A stretch of 64,000 bases of DNA from an uncultured delta proteobacterium (lineage in GTDB: Bacteria; Myxococcota_A; Polyangia; Polyangiales; Polyangiaceae): positions 4,608,001 through 4,672,000 of the forward strand of contig CAWDXG010000004.1 of NCBI GenBank assembly GCA_963806225.1. The letters run 5' to 3'. This document shows positions 55,025 to 64,000 of this stretch, piece after piece; the first letter of the stretch is position 1, and each line of letters opens with the position of its first letter. Below the pieces are notes generated by a model. That model made no database searches, was not told where the DNA came from, and saw only the letters and a program-made list of their open reading frames with translations. The translations under genes and the position numbers were made by a program.

Positions 55025-55678
55025 CTAGTTCGCCTGCTCGCGGCGGCTTTCGGCCATCAGTGCGAGCACTGCGCACGCCATGGCGAAGCGCGGATCGATC
55101 CGGCCCTGGTTGGGCGACAGGTCGAGCGTGTACTCCTTGGCGAAGAAGCGCCACACCTGCTTGACGTAGGCGCAGTGCTGCTGCCCGATCTCGATGTGCC
55201 ACTTGCCGAGCAGGAGCGGGAACATGCGCCGGAGGAAGGACGAGCCGTCTTCCTGCATCAGGCCGATCGGCTGCTCCTGTTCGTCGAGCAGCTCCCAGGT
55301 GTCGCGGAACATGCTCTTCAGGCCCTTCTGCCGGATGATGCCGACGCGGGCGCCGGTGGCGGCGTCGAACACGTCGCGGATGAGGTTCATGGCGATCGCC
55401 TGCCGCGCCTTCACAACCATGACCGGCTGCGTCTGCGCCTCGTCGGCGAAGATGGTCATCTCCTCCTTCCACTTCATCACAGGCTTCTTGATGTACGCGA
55501 CCAGCATGCCGTCCGGCGCGTAGACGCGCGTCACGCGGCCGAGGAACGACCAGTACGAGCGCTTCACCGTGTAGTTCGGATGCGCGAACGGACCGGCGGC
55601 GAGGGCGGTGCCCTGCGCTTGCGCTACGACCTGCTGCGGCTGCGGATAGGGCTGTTGGGGGATGGGCTGTTGCTGCAT
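55025..55678 (-). CDS. Tubby/LURP-one/scramblase-like protein
   Basis: Gln/Pro-rich N-terminus, repeated beta-strand pattern, C-terminal helix 'DPRFAMACAVLAL'; RBS GGAGG. Confidence 0.7.
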   Translation of the reverse strand: MQQQPIPQQPYPQPQQVVAQAQGTALAAGPFAHPNYTVKRSYWSFLGRVTRVYAPDGMLVAYIKKPVMKWKEEMTIFADEAQTQPVMVVKARQAIAMNLIRDVFDAATGARVGIIRQKGLKSMFRDTWELLDEQEQPIGLMQEDGSSFLRRMFPLLLGKWHIEIGQQHCAYVKQVWRFFAKEYTLDLSPNQGRIDPRFAMACAVLALMAESRREQAN

Positions 55679-55768
55679 GGGATCTCCTCCGAGGGGCCGT
55701 GAGGCCGTGAGCCAGGTGGCGCATGATACGCCGCCTCCTGGGCGATCTCCCCCGCTGACTGACCTTCG

Positions 55769-57223
55769 TTACATCGACGCGAGGTATACGGTCAGCGAGT
55801 GCGGCTCGTAGGGCGCGACATCGGGATCGAACGGATGCGTGAGGTCGGCACCACCCATATTGGTCCCGATAATCAGGATGCCCGCAGCGCCCGTGAGATT
55901 GACGATCTCCTTCTCGGCGTGCGTGGCGCTCTCCTCGTACTTCACGTCGATGCGTGACAGTTCGCTGCCGTCGTGGCCGACGCGCACCAGCGTCCACTTG
56001 AATCCCACGGGGGGCTCCCAATCGGCGCGAAAGCCCAGCGAGCTCTGTGCGGGCACCTTGTCCAGGGTCAACCAGACGTAGACGGAACCGGTCGGCATCA
56101 CCGGATGCGCGGGCGCCACGCGTCGCGGCAGCGACGAATAGGGGAAGCTCCACGCGAAGCGCACGCGGCCGAAGCTGCCCGCCCACATCATCGACGGCAG
56201 GTGCGTGCCGTCGTCGCGGTCGCCGAGGAACGCGCGGTCCACGGCAAGGCGGCCCACCAGGTCGGCCATACGCCGCGCGCTGTCGCCGAGCGTGTGGCGC
56301 AGGATGTCGAACACGTCGGGTTCGTTGTCCCACTCCCACGCCCGCGGGTCCGTCTTCTGCGCGGCCGTCGCGACCAGCGCCGTCGGGAGGCGTGCCGGGC
56401 CGCCTACGCCCTCGGTCACGTCGAGGAATTCGTAGAAGAGCGCGGCGCCCTCGGCGAGCGGCGAAAAATCGCGCCCTGCGATGCCGCTCTGGGGATTGGC
56501 CTGCAGATCGTCGACCGCCTGCAGATCGAGGGACGTGGGATGCCCGGCGATCCACCACAGATCCGTCGCGTAGGCGCGGCGCTCGAACGGGGTCAGCCCG
56601 GCGTCGAGGCGCCAGGCGATGGCCTCGCCGACGCACTGGGTGGCGGCGCGGTCGAGCGGTGTCCGGGCTGCGCTGTCGAGCACGCAGAAGGCCGAGGCGC
56701 GGTCGAAGCGGCCGGGCAGCGGTAGATCGTGAGCGCTGCGGAAGCCGCCGTCACCGTCGGCGCGCAGGTACAGGTCGAGCGCGTCGCTGCCTCCCCGGCC
56801 CAGATCGGGCAGAGGCGCGGGCAGCCGCATCGCTCCGACCAGCCGCTCGTAGGCCTGGTTCATCGCTGCGAGCGCCGCGAGCGCCGTGTCGGGCGCCACT
56901 CCCGCGCCGCGGTGGATGCAGACGGGATTGCGGAACGAACAGGCCGGCGGCTCGGCGCCGTCGGTTGGGCGCTCCAGCCCGGGGGCGACCGGGGCACCCG
57001 TGGGGAACCAGGGATCGTGCGCTATGGGTGGCAGCGACGGCAGATCCGAGCCCCCGCCGTAGAGAAGCGGTCCCTCGAACAGCTTCTGGCGATGGCGCGA
57101 CTCCGCCCCCGCGCCGGCGCTGCACAGAACGCCTGCGACGAGCAGCAGCCAGAGCAGCTGGCGGCCGGGATGGGCTGGGCCGAGCCCTGGGCTTAGCCGG
57201 CGGCGTCGGAAACAGACGTGCAT
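55769..57223 (-). CDS. Exported hypothetical protein (degenerate zincin-like)
   Basis: Signal peptide; 'LPAPLPDLGRGGSDALDLYL' region but no HExxH motif. Confidence 0.6.
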   Translation of the reverse strand: MHVCFRRRRLSPGLGPAHPGRQLLWLLLVAGVLCSAGAGAESRHRQKLFEGPLLYGGGSDLPSLPPIAHDPWFPTGAPVAPGLERPTDGAEPPACSFRNPVCIHRGAGVAPDTALAALAAMNQAYERLVGAMRLPAPLPDLGRGGSDALDLYLRADGDGGFRSAHDLPLPGRFDRASAFCVLDSAARTPLDRAATQCVGEAIAWRLDAGLTPFERRAYATDLWWIAGHPTSLDLQAVDDLQANPQSGIAGRDFSPLAEGAALFYEFLDVTEGVGGPARLPTALVATAAQKTDPRAWEWDNEPDVFDILRHTLGDSARRMADLVGRLAVDRAFLGDRDDGTHLPSMMWAGSFGRVRFAWSFPYSSLPRRVAPAHPVMPTGSVYVWLTLDKVPAQSSLGFRADWEPPVGFKWTLVRVGHDGSELSRIDVKYEESATHAEKEIVNLTGAAGILIIGTNMGGADLTHPFDPDVAPYEPHSLTVYLASM

Positions 57224-57301
57224 TTGACACTTTCGCGCGTCACGGCCCTATACTGTCATACCTTCCGGCCGGTTCCGGAACAGCGAGCGATTGCGAGCGC
57301 C

Positions 57302-57860
57302 ATGGCCCAGACCCGTTTCGACCCGTCCCAGGCGGTAAAGTTCGATCTCGGTCGCGGTGTCGTCCAGCTGGACGGCTCGGCGGATCGGCTGCTCGTGCCC
57401 GCCGATGCACTGCTCGCGCTCTGCAGCAGCGCCGGCGACGAGGCCACGCGCGATTTCGGCCGGAAGATCGGCACCGAGGTGGGGCGCCGCGCCGCGGGCC
57501 GGCTGGGAACCGCCGCGGAGGCCGGCCTGGAGGACGTGCTGGAACACCTCGGCGGAGATCTCGCGCTGGCGGGATTCGGCTCGCTGGGGATCGAGCGCTG
57601 GGGTCGGGCGCTGGTCATGACGGTGACGCGACTCGCCGCTAGGTGCGGCCGGCGACTCGCTGCTGGCCGCGGTGCTGGAGGGCGCGCTCCAGCGCGCACT
57701 GGGCCGGGACGTGAGCGTGGTGCCGCTTTCGCGAGACGGACAATGGGCGCGGCTGCTGGTGGTGGGCGACAAGGCCGCGACCAAGGTGCGCGGCTGGCTC
57801 GCCGAGGGCGTCGCCTGGGGCGATGCGCTGGCGCGGTTGCACTCGCGAGGTGACGCGTGA
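57302..57860 (+). CDS. V4R/XylR_N-like small-ligand-binding fold protein; apparent frameshift near 57630
   Basis: 'FDLGRGVVQL...RLLVP', 'GRKIG', 'LAGFGSL', then 'LEGALQRALGRDV' in the shifted frame. Confidence 0.55.
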
Positions 57861-58808
57861 GCGTCGAGCAGCAGATCGAGAAGCTGCAGGGCCTGCTGGA
57901 GCGCGTGCAGAGGAATGCCACGCTCCCTCGTCCTGCGGCGCCGCCTCCGGCGATAGCCGCGGCGCCGCCGGAGCCGGCGGTCGAGGAACCTGTCCGAAGA
58001 AGAGGAGGTCGAGGACGTCGACCTGTTCGACGAGGACATCGTGGATCTCACGGCCGACGAGATCGGCGCAGAAGAGATCGGCGCAGAGGAGATTGCCGCT
58101 ACCGGGCCCGAGCTGGAGGAGGACATCTTCTTCGAGGACGAGGAGGAGATCGAACCGCCTGCCTCGTCGCGCCGTCCCAAGGTGGCGGCCAGCATGGACG
58201 AGGCGCTGGCGGGTGCCGCCGAGCTGGAAATGGACCAGGGGCGCGAGGTGCCGCTCAAGACGCCGCCGCCCGAGTCGGGCCGGCAGGTGGCTGGACCGCC
58301 GCCGCAGGGGCTGCACCAGCCCGCGCCGCCCGCCGATTTCGGTTCGGACGTGGACGACCTGCTCGAAGCCGATATCTCGTCGGGCACACAGCACGCCAAG
58401 CCCGCCGTTCCCACGCCCGAACAGCTCGGGCAGACCATCGACCTCGAGGAAGGCGCAGGCGTGCCGCTGGAGCTGGATGCTCCGGTGCAACCGCCCGAGC
58501 CGACCCGGGCCGAAGAGCTGGAAGCGCCGCTGCCGCCGCGCGAAGCGCACGGGAGCTACAGCGCCGGGCTTGCGCCGCCGCCCGAGGCGCGCGCAGAGCT
58601 CGAAGCGCGGCGTCGTCGCGAAGCCGAGCCGCCCGCCGCGCCGTCTGCTCCGCCGCCCGCACCGCCCGGCGAGGTGAAGCCCGAGATCGTGCAGCGCCCG
58701 GCCGTGGCAGCGAGCGGCCCAGCCGCACAGTTTCTGGCTGCCCACCGCGAGTTCAAGCCCGAGAGCTTCCTCGAGCTGCTCGACGCGTCGCTATCGCTTG
58801 GCGAATAG
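57857..58808 (+). CDS. Acidic Pro-rich, largely disordered protein; apparent frameshift near 57995
   Basis: GTGA overlap and N-terminal helix 'VEQQIEKLQGLLERVQRN'. The rest is in ORF 58041..58808, ending 'SFLELLDASLSL'. Confidence 0.6.
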
Positions 58809-58891
58809 CGTCGTTCTCCGGAGCGCGACAAGGCACCCAGGCGCGATCAGTGGATCGACGCCGAGCCCACAGCACACGGAAAGGAACAGAC

Positions 58892-59251
58892 GTGATTGTC
58901 GTTACGAACCGCATACCCGTCGCTGACGGCCACCAGATCGACTTCGAGGATCGCTTCAAGCGCCGCGTGCACCTGGTCGACCAGGCGCCGGGCTTCGTCC
59001 GCAACGAGGTGCACCGCCCGCGTCCGATGAAGTTTCATCAGGGAACATTCGTCGAGGACCAGGAAAAGCAGGGCTACTACGAGGTCAAGACATGGTGGCG
59101 CAGTATGGAGGACTTCGTCGCGTGGACGAAGAGTCCCGCCTTCGCCGAAGCCCACCGCGACCGCGCGCCGAAGGAGATGTTCGCCGGCCCCAACGTGCTG
59201 GAAGTGCACGAGGTGTTCCTCAGCACCGACCTCGACGTTGAGGGAACCTGA
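58892..59251 (+). CDS. Antibiotic biosynthesis monooxygenase family protein (IsdG/HmoA-like)
   Basis: RBS AAGGA; 'IVVTNRI', 'FEDRF', 'APGF', 'WTKSPAFAEAH'. Confidence 0.85.
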   Translation: MIVVTNRIPVADGHQIDFEDRFKRRVHLVDQAPGFVRNEVHRPRPMKFHQGTFVEDQEKQGYYEVKTWWRSMEDFVAWTKSPAFAEAHRDRAPKEMFAGPNVLEVHEVFLSTDLDVEGT

Positions 59252-59256
59252 GCTCT

Positions 59257-59826
59257 CTAGTCCTTGCGCAGACCCGTGATCAATAGATCGAAGGCGGCGA
59301 ACACGAGCTCGTCGACGCCGATGGGTCTAGCGGGCCCCTCGTCCGGCGAGCTCGGTTGCATGAGCTGGTAGCTGTCGTCGGGATTCCGCGTGGCAAAAGC
59401 TCCCGGAACGCTGATCAAGCGGTGGCGCCTGCGCGTCAGGCTCGGCGGCGCGTCGTCGCCGCGCGGCGGCATGGGCAGGAAGTAGACGCTCGGTAGCTCG
59501 TCGACGATGCGGTACGAGTACACCTGCAGCTCCGAGCCTTCCGTCTGCAGCGTCATGAACGTCATCCACGGTCCCTCGGGGCCGCAGTCGATCGGCTCGC
59601 GCGCGGGATAGTGCACGGTGACGTTCCTGCCCGTCCGCTTCCCGAACTCGCGCGCCCGCTCCAACGCCGCGTCGCGGAAGCGGTCCATCACCTCCGTCGT
59701 GACGCGATCCGACCATTGTTCGAGCGAACGGCGCGACGCGGTCGCTTCGAGCTCGCGCGCGGCGCGCTCGCGCTCCGCCTGCTCGATGCGGGTGACTTCC
59801 TTGTAGAGGTCGTCCCAGCGACTCAT
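59257..59826 (-). CDS. Hypothetical protein
   Basis: 189-aa ORF with an N-terminal coiled coil and coding-like composition. Confidence 0.65.
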   Translation of the reverse strand: MSRWDDLYKEVTRIEQAERERAARELEATASRRSLEQWSDRVTTEVMDRFRDAALERAREFGKRTGRNVTVHYPAREPIDCGPEGPWMTFMTLQTEGSELQVYSYRIVDELPSVYFLPMPPRGDDAPPSLTRRRHRLISVPGAFATRNPDDSYQLMQPSSPDEGPARPIGVDELVFAAFDLLITGLRKD

Positions 59827-59880
59827 AGCTGCCGCATGCTAGCGCAAAGCGGGCGGCATGCGGCAGCGGTGCTGCAAAGG

Positions 59881-60963
59881 CTACTGCACCAGGTCGGACA
59901 TGCTGCGGGGATAGACCACGACGTACTTCGTCGCGGAACCGCCCTCCGTGAACGGCACGTACAATCCGAACACGCCGGTTACCGTCTGGAAATCGACGGT
60001 GGTCCCGCCGTCGGTGGGCAGCGAAGCGAACTTGTGCGAGGGCAGGAAATACGGGCTGATGCTGTGCAGCCCGGCCGTGCCCGCGTCGCCGATGCCGACG
60101 CCTGTGTCCCAGATGCCGAAAATCGCGGTTGGCGTGCCGGGTTTGCCGCTGACGTTGGCCAGTTGGATGAGCAGCGGACCGTGCGTGTCCTCGTAGGCAG
60201 AAACACCGAGGTCGGCGAGTGTGACCCCGGGGATCGGTGCAGGAGACCCGGTGCCGACCTTCTTCGCGCAGCCAGCAAGCAGGCTGTTCACCTGGATTAC
60301 GAGCTCGTTCTCGCCGCCCAGGTTGAAGCGCCAGGCATGCCCGAGCACGTCCACCTGGTCGCCCACGGCCAGGCCGACGAAATGCGTCGCTGCCGCGGCG
60401 GAGATGCGGACCTTGATGGCGTGTTGCGCGCCGGCGGCCCAGCTCGCGTAGGTCAGGTCCTGTTGCAGGAAGATCTGGCACGAGCTGCCGGCCTGGCAGC
60501 CGTTGCCGCTGATGGCGGTGATGTACACGCCCGACACCCACACCTCGGTGGGCGAGGACGGATTGTCGGTCCAGAGCTCGGGAATCGTCTTGGCAACTGC
60601 GCCGGCAGGCTGCGAGTCACAGGTGGGCCATCCCGCTTCGATGGGTGCGTCCGCAGCAGCATCACCGCCGCCCGCGCCCGCGCCGCCGTCGAGCCCGCCA
60701 GTGCCGGCTCCGCCGTCGGTGCCCGCGCTGCCGCCGGTGCCCGCCGAGCCGCCGGTGCCCGCCGTGCCGGCGCCGCCGCCGGTCGCTCCGTAGCCGCCCG
60801 TTGCGCCCGAGCCGCCGGTCGCTCCGTAGCCGCCCGTTGCGCCCGAGCCGCCGGTGCCCGCGCTGCCGCCGGTGCTGCTCGTCGTGGAATCGTTGCTCGA
60901 GCACGCGCCGAGCGAGCCTCCGAGCACGACGCAGCCCATCAAGCACACACTTGCCCACTTCAT
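59881..60963 (-). CDS. Lipoprotein with Gly/Thr linker and OB-fold-like domains
   Basis: Lipobox LGAC, GGSGATGG repeats, 'VSGVYITA', 'LAVGDQVDVLG'. Confidence 0.7.
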   Translation of the reverse strand: MKWASVCLMGCVVLGGSLGACSSNDSTTSSTGGSAGTGGSGATGGYGATGGSGATGGYGATGGGAGTAGTGGSAGTGGSAGTDGGAGTGGLDGGAGAGGGDAAADAPIEAGWPTCDSQPAGAVAKTIPELWTDNPSSPTEVWVSGVYITAISGNGCQAGSSCQIFLQQDLTYASWAAGAQHAIKVRISAAAATHFVGLAVGDQVDVLGHAWRFNLGGENELVIQVNSLLAGCAKKVGTGSPAPIPGVTLADLGVSAYEDTHGPLLIQLANVSGKPGTPTAIFGIWDTGVGIGDAGTAGLHSISPYFLPSHKFASLPTDGGTTVDFQTVTGVFGLYVPFTEGGSATKYVVVYPRSMSDLVQ

Positions 60964-61130
60964 CCTACAAGTCATGGCGGCAGCTCCTAGCGCGGATCCG
61001 GTCTGGGGTCCGGCGATTTCTTCACCTGACCGTGATTGTTCCAGTCACACGGCAAGGCTCGATAAAGGACACTCTGCCGGCATACCGCCGGACCCGCGCA
61101 GAAATGCCCTGCCTTCCGCATCCCGCGGCG

Positions 61131-62051
61131 TCAGCGGTCGCCCAACCGGAACGCCGTGGCCTCCCCGGGCTCCAGCCATTCCACGGGTTCCTCGCGGAGC
61201 CAGGTGCGCTGGCGTCGGGCGAACACGCGGGTCGCGCGCACGATGCTTTCCATCAGGGATGCCTCGGCGACGGGTTCGCCAGACTCGATCGCTTCGGCGA
61301 CCTGGCGGTAGCCCACAGAGCGCATGGCGCGGGCCTGTCCGAAGCCCTGGTCGAGCAGAGCGCGCACCTCGTCGACCCAGCCTGCGTCGAGCATGGCGCG
61401 GGCGCGCGCTTCGATGCGGCGGTCCAGCTCCTCGCGGGAGTGGCGCACGCCCAGCAGGCGAGCAGCGTGGCGCGGCTCGCGGAAGCCGTGCTCGGCCTGC
61501 CAGGCGCTCAGCGTCACTCCGGTCAGCTCGAACACCTCCAGCGCGCGGCTGACGCGCACGAAGTCGTTGGGCGCGAGCTTTTCGGCGAGTTTCGGGTCCA
61601 CGCGCGCGAGCTCGGAGTGCAGCCCGGCGCGCCCTTCGCGCTCGGCGTGCTCGCGGTGGCGCGCGCGGATCGCCTCGTCGGCCGGGGGTGCGTCGGCCAG
61701 CCCGAACAGCAGCGCGCGCACCCACAGGAACGTCCCACCGCACACGATGGGGCGGCGCTCCCGCGCGACGATGTCCGCGATGGCTTCGTCGGCGAGCGCC
61801 GCCCAGCGCGCGGCGTCCATGGGCTCGAGCGGATCGACGATGTCGATCAGGTGATGCGGCGCGCGCGCTCGCTCCTCCGCCGTCGGTTTGCCCGTGCCGA
61901 TCTCGAAGCGGCGGTAGACCTGCACACTGTCCGCGCTCACGACCTCGCCGCCGAGCCGTTCGGCAAGTCGCACCGCAAGCGCGGTCTTGCCGGACGCCGT
62001 CGGCCCGACCACGACGAGCAGCGGCTCGGCCGTCGGTGCGTCGCTCGCCAT
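61131..62051 (-). CDS. miaA: tRNA dimethylallyltransferase
   Basis: 'GPTASGKT', 'SADSVQVY', 'IGTGKP', 'PHHLID', 'GGTFLW', 'FARRQRTW'. Confidence 0.96.
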   Translation of the reverse strand: MASDAPTAEPLLVVVGPTASGKTALAVRLAERLGGEVVSADSVQVYRRFEIGTGKPTAEERARAPHHLIDIVDPLEPMDAARWAALADEAIADIVARERRPIVCGGTFLWVRALLFGLADAPPADEAIRARHREHAEREGRAGLHSELARVDPKLAEKLAPNDFVRVSRALEVFELTGVTLSAWQAEHGFREPRHAARLLGVRHSREELDRRIEARARAMLDAGWVDEVRALLDQGFGQARAMRSVGYRQVAEAIESGEPVAEASLMESIVRATRVFARRQRTWLREEPVEWLEPGEATAFRLGDR

Positions 62052-62056
62052 TGTGC

Positions 62057-63829
62057 TCAGCGCCGGCCCACGCGGCGTTCGAGCTCTGCCCAGCTCGTGA
62101 ACGTCACCACCGGGCGCCCGTGCGGGCAATGCCCGGCGAAGTCGGCCTGGTCGAGCGCGGCGAGCAGCGCGCTGGCCTCCTCGGCCGAGAGCGGATCGCC
62201 GGCGCGGATCGAGCCGTGGCAGGCCATCGTCGCCAGTGCCAGGTCCACCGCGTCGGAGAAGCCGCGCCCGCCGCTGCGTGACACTTCCGACAACAGGTCG
62301 CGCACCAGCCGTTCGGGGCTGGCCCGCTGCAGGAGTCGCGGCACGGCGTGCACGCTCAGTGTCTCCGGTCCGCGCACGCGCAGGTCGAGGCCCACGCCGG
62401 CTATCTCGTCCGCGCGCTCGCCCACCAGCTCGGCCTCTGCCGGCGTCACGTCCAGCGTGATCGGGAACAGCATGGCCTGCGACGGCACCGTCCGGCTTCT
62501 GTACTCGGAGCGCAGGCGGTGGAAGGTGACGCGCTCCGCGGCGGCGTGCTGGTCGAGCACGTAGATGCCGTCCTTGCCCTCGCACACGAGATAGGTCTGC
62601 CTCAGCTGTGCCACGAAGCGCAGGCTCGACCACTCGACCTCGGGACGCGGGCGGATGGGGGACGAATCGCGGACGGCGAGCAGCGGTTCGGTCCCGGCGG
62701 GTTCGGCCTCCCGGGGCTCTGCGGCCGGAGCGAGTCCCCAGGGATCGCGCGGCTCGCTCGCGGCGACCGCCGGAGGCACAGCGGCGGGCTTCTTTTGCAC
62801 GTTGGGTGCCGGGCGCCCCCAGGCGCCGCGTGACGGTGCCGGCAGCGAGAAAGCGCTGGCCAGCTCGCGCGACAGCACGCTGTACAGGGCGTCGCTCACT
62901 GCGCGTGGATCGGCGAAGCGCACCTCGGCCTTCTGCGGGTGGACGTTCACGTCGACCAGCTCGGGCGGCAGATCCAGATAGACGACGCCGCGCGGATAGC
63001 GCCCGCGCTCGAGCACGCTGCCGTAGGCCTGCGCGACCGTGACGAGCAGTGCGCGCTCGCGCACCGGGCGACCGTTGACCAGGAGCTTGAGCCCGCCCGA
63101 TCCGGTTCGCGCGCGCTCCGGTCTGGACAGGAACGCTTCGATGCGGAGCGGACCGCGTTCGCCGCGGCACGCCGACAGCACGTCGTCGGCGTGCGCCTGT
63201 CGCGCGCGCTCCTCGCGATCGGGAGCGCGCAGCCACTCGCGTACCTTGCGGCCGTCGCGTACGAGCGTGAAGCTGAGCTCGGGGCGCGAGAGCGCGGCCG
63301 ATTCGATGACGGCGCCGACGTGACCGGACTCGGTCCCGCTCGAGCGCAGGAACTTGCGGCGCGCGGGCACGTTGTAGAAAAGGTCGCGCACGCTGACCGT
63401 CGTGCCCACGGGGGCACCCACCGGCCTGGCCTGCGGCGGCCCGCCGCCCTCCACGCGGATCTCGAGCGCCGCGTCGCTGTCCTCTGCGCGCGTCTGCAGC
63501 GTGAAACGACTGACCGACGCGATGCTGGGCAGCGCCTCGCCGCGGAAGCCGAAGCTGTGCACGCGTCCGAGGTCCTCGAGCGTCGCGAGCTTGCTCGTCG
63601 CGTGCCGCTCGATGCACAGCTGCGCGTCCTCTTCGTTCATGCCTGCCCCGTCGTCGGTGACGGAGAGCAGCGTGACGCCCCCGCCGGCGATCTCGACATC
63701 GCAGCGCGTGGCGCCGGCATCGATAGCGTTCTCGACGAGCTCCTTGACCGCGCTCGCCGGGCGTTCCACCACCTCGCCGGCGGCGATCTGGCTGGCGAGC
63801 TCGGGCGGCAGGACGCGGACGTTCGGCAT
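62057..63829 (-). CDS. mutL: DNA mismatch repair endonuclease MutL
   Basis: 'IAAGEVVERPAS', 'GFRGEAL', 'DVNVHPQK', 'DQHAAAERVTF', 'ACH', 'CPHGRP'. Confidence 0.97.
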   Translation of the reverse strand: MPNVRVLPPELASQIAAGEVVERPASAVKELVENAIDAGATRCDVEIAGGGVTLLSVTDDGAGMNEEDAQLCIERHATSKLATLEDLGRVHSFGFRGEALPSIASVSRFTLQTRAEDSDAALEIRVEGGGPPQARPVGAPVGTTVSVRDLFYNVPARRKFLRSSGTESGHVGAVIESAALSRPELSFTLVRDGRKVREWLRAPDREERARQAHADDVLSACRGERGPLRIEAFLSRPERARTGSGGLKLLVNGRPVRERALLVTVAQAYGSVLERGRYPRGVVYLDLPPELVDVNVHPQKAEVRFADPRAVSDALYSVLSRELASAFSLPAPSRGAWGRPAPNVQKKPAAVPPAVAASEPRDPWGLAPAAEPREAEPAGTEPLLAVRDSSPIRPRPEVEWSSLRFVAQLRQTYLVCEGKDGIYVLDQHAAAERVTFHRLRSEYRSRTVPSQAMLFPITLDVTPAEAELVGERADEIAGVGLDLRVRGPETLSVHAVPRLLQRASPERLVRDLLSEVSRSGGRGFSDAVDLALATMACHGSIRAGDPLSAEEASALLAALDQADFAGHCPHGRPVVTFTSWAELERRVGRR

Positions 63830-63834
63830 GAGCG

Positions 63835-64000
63835 TCAACGCTCTTCAGGGTGCGGCTCCACAGGCGCCAGCACGCGCCGCGCGGATCGGCGGGTGAGCGC
63901 GAACGCGCACAGTGCCAGTGCGCCGACTTTCATCGCCAGGCCCAGCCGGAACGACCACCAGAGCTGGATGCGTTCGATGCGCTGGAAGTGCGCGAGCGTC
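63835..64000 (-). CDS. 3' end of a membrane protein (partial)
   Basis: Manual translation ...IQLWWSFRLGLAMKVGALALCAFALTRR...PHPEER* stops just before the mutL start. Confidence 0.5.
   Translation of the reverse strand, partial: TLAHFQRIERIQLWWSFRLGLAMKVGALALCAFALTRRSARRVLAPVEPHPEER

Noticed and set aside
53501..56636. Long alternative-frame ORFs (53501..55702 and 54201..56636; similar ones occur at 32651..35422 and 61131..63617)
   Set aside because: Arg/Ala/Pro-rich shadow frames typical of high-GC DNA. They overlap well-supported genes, and only the terminal portions noted in features are real.
60660..60875. Gly-rich repeats as a mobile or repeat element
   Set aside because: They encode the GGSGATGG/DAG linker common to exported proteins in this window.
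60964..61130. hfq downstream of mutL-miaA
   Set aside because: No Sm-like ORF; the next gene is a lipoprotein.

Overview
High-GC window from a myxobacterium, most likely Polyangiales/Sorangiineae. This rests on the 16S signature, MYXO-CTERM proteins, a Ser/Thr kinase, FHA and GYF_2-like proteins, and Gly/Ser/Thr-linker lipoproteins. It is mostly core chromosome: a complete rRNA operon (16S, tRNA-Ile, tRNA-Ala, 23S, 5S), tRNA-Arg(ACG) next to tadA, rnz, gltA, divergent fbp/fbaB, pepA, fpr, aroE, a Glu/Leu/Phe/Val dehydrogenase, an acyl-CoA carboxylase beta subunit and mutL-miaA. Many exported hypothetical proteins lie between these genes. About 11 genes carry single frameshifts, which most likely reflect long-read indel errors. 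No transposase, integrase, prophage or CRISPR array was seen. The most interesting element is an ORF-free region downstream of aroE (46640-47100). It has a sigma54-type promoter, candidate enhancer sites, a series of hairpins with C-rich and UUCG loops, and a terminator, so it is a candidate Pxr-like small RNA gene. Other notable items are a leaderless, apparently autoregulated FadR-type operon of two unknown genes, a MITE/REP-like inverted repeat, and several unusual domain fusions.
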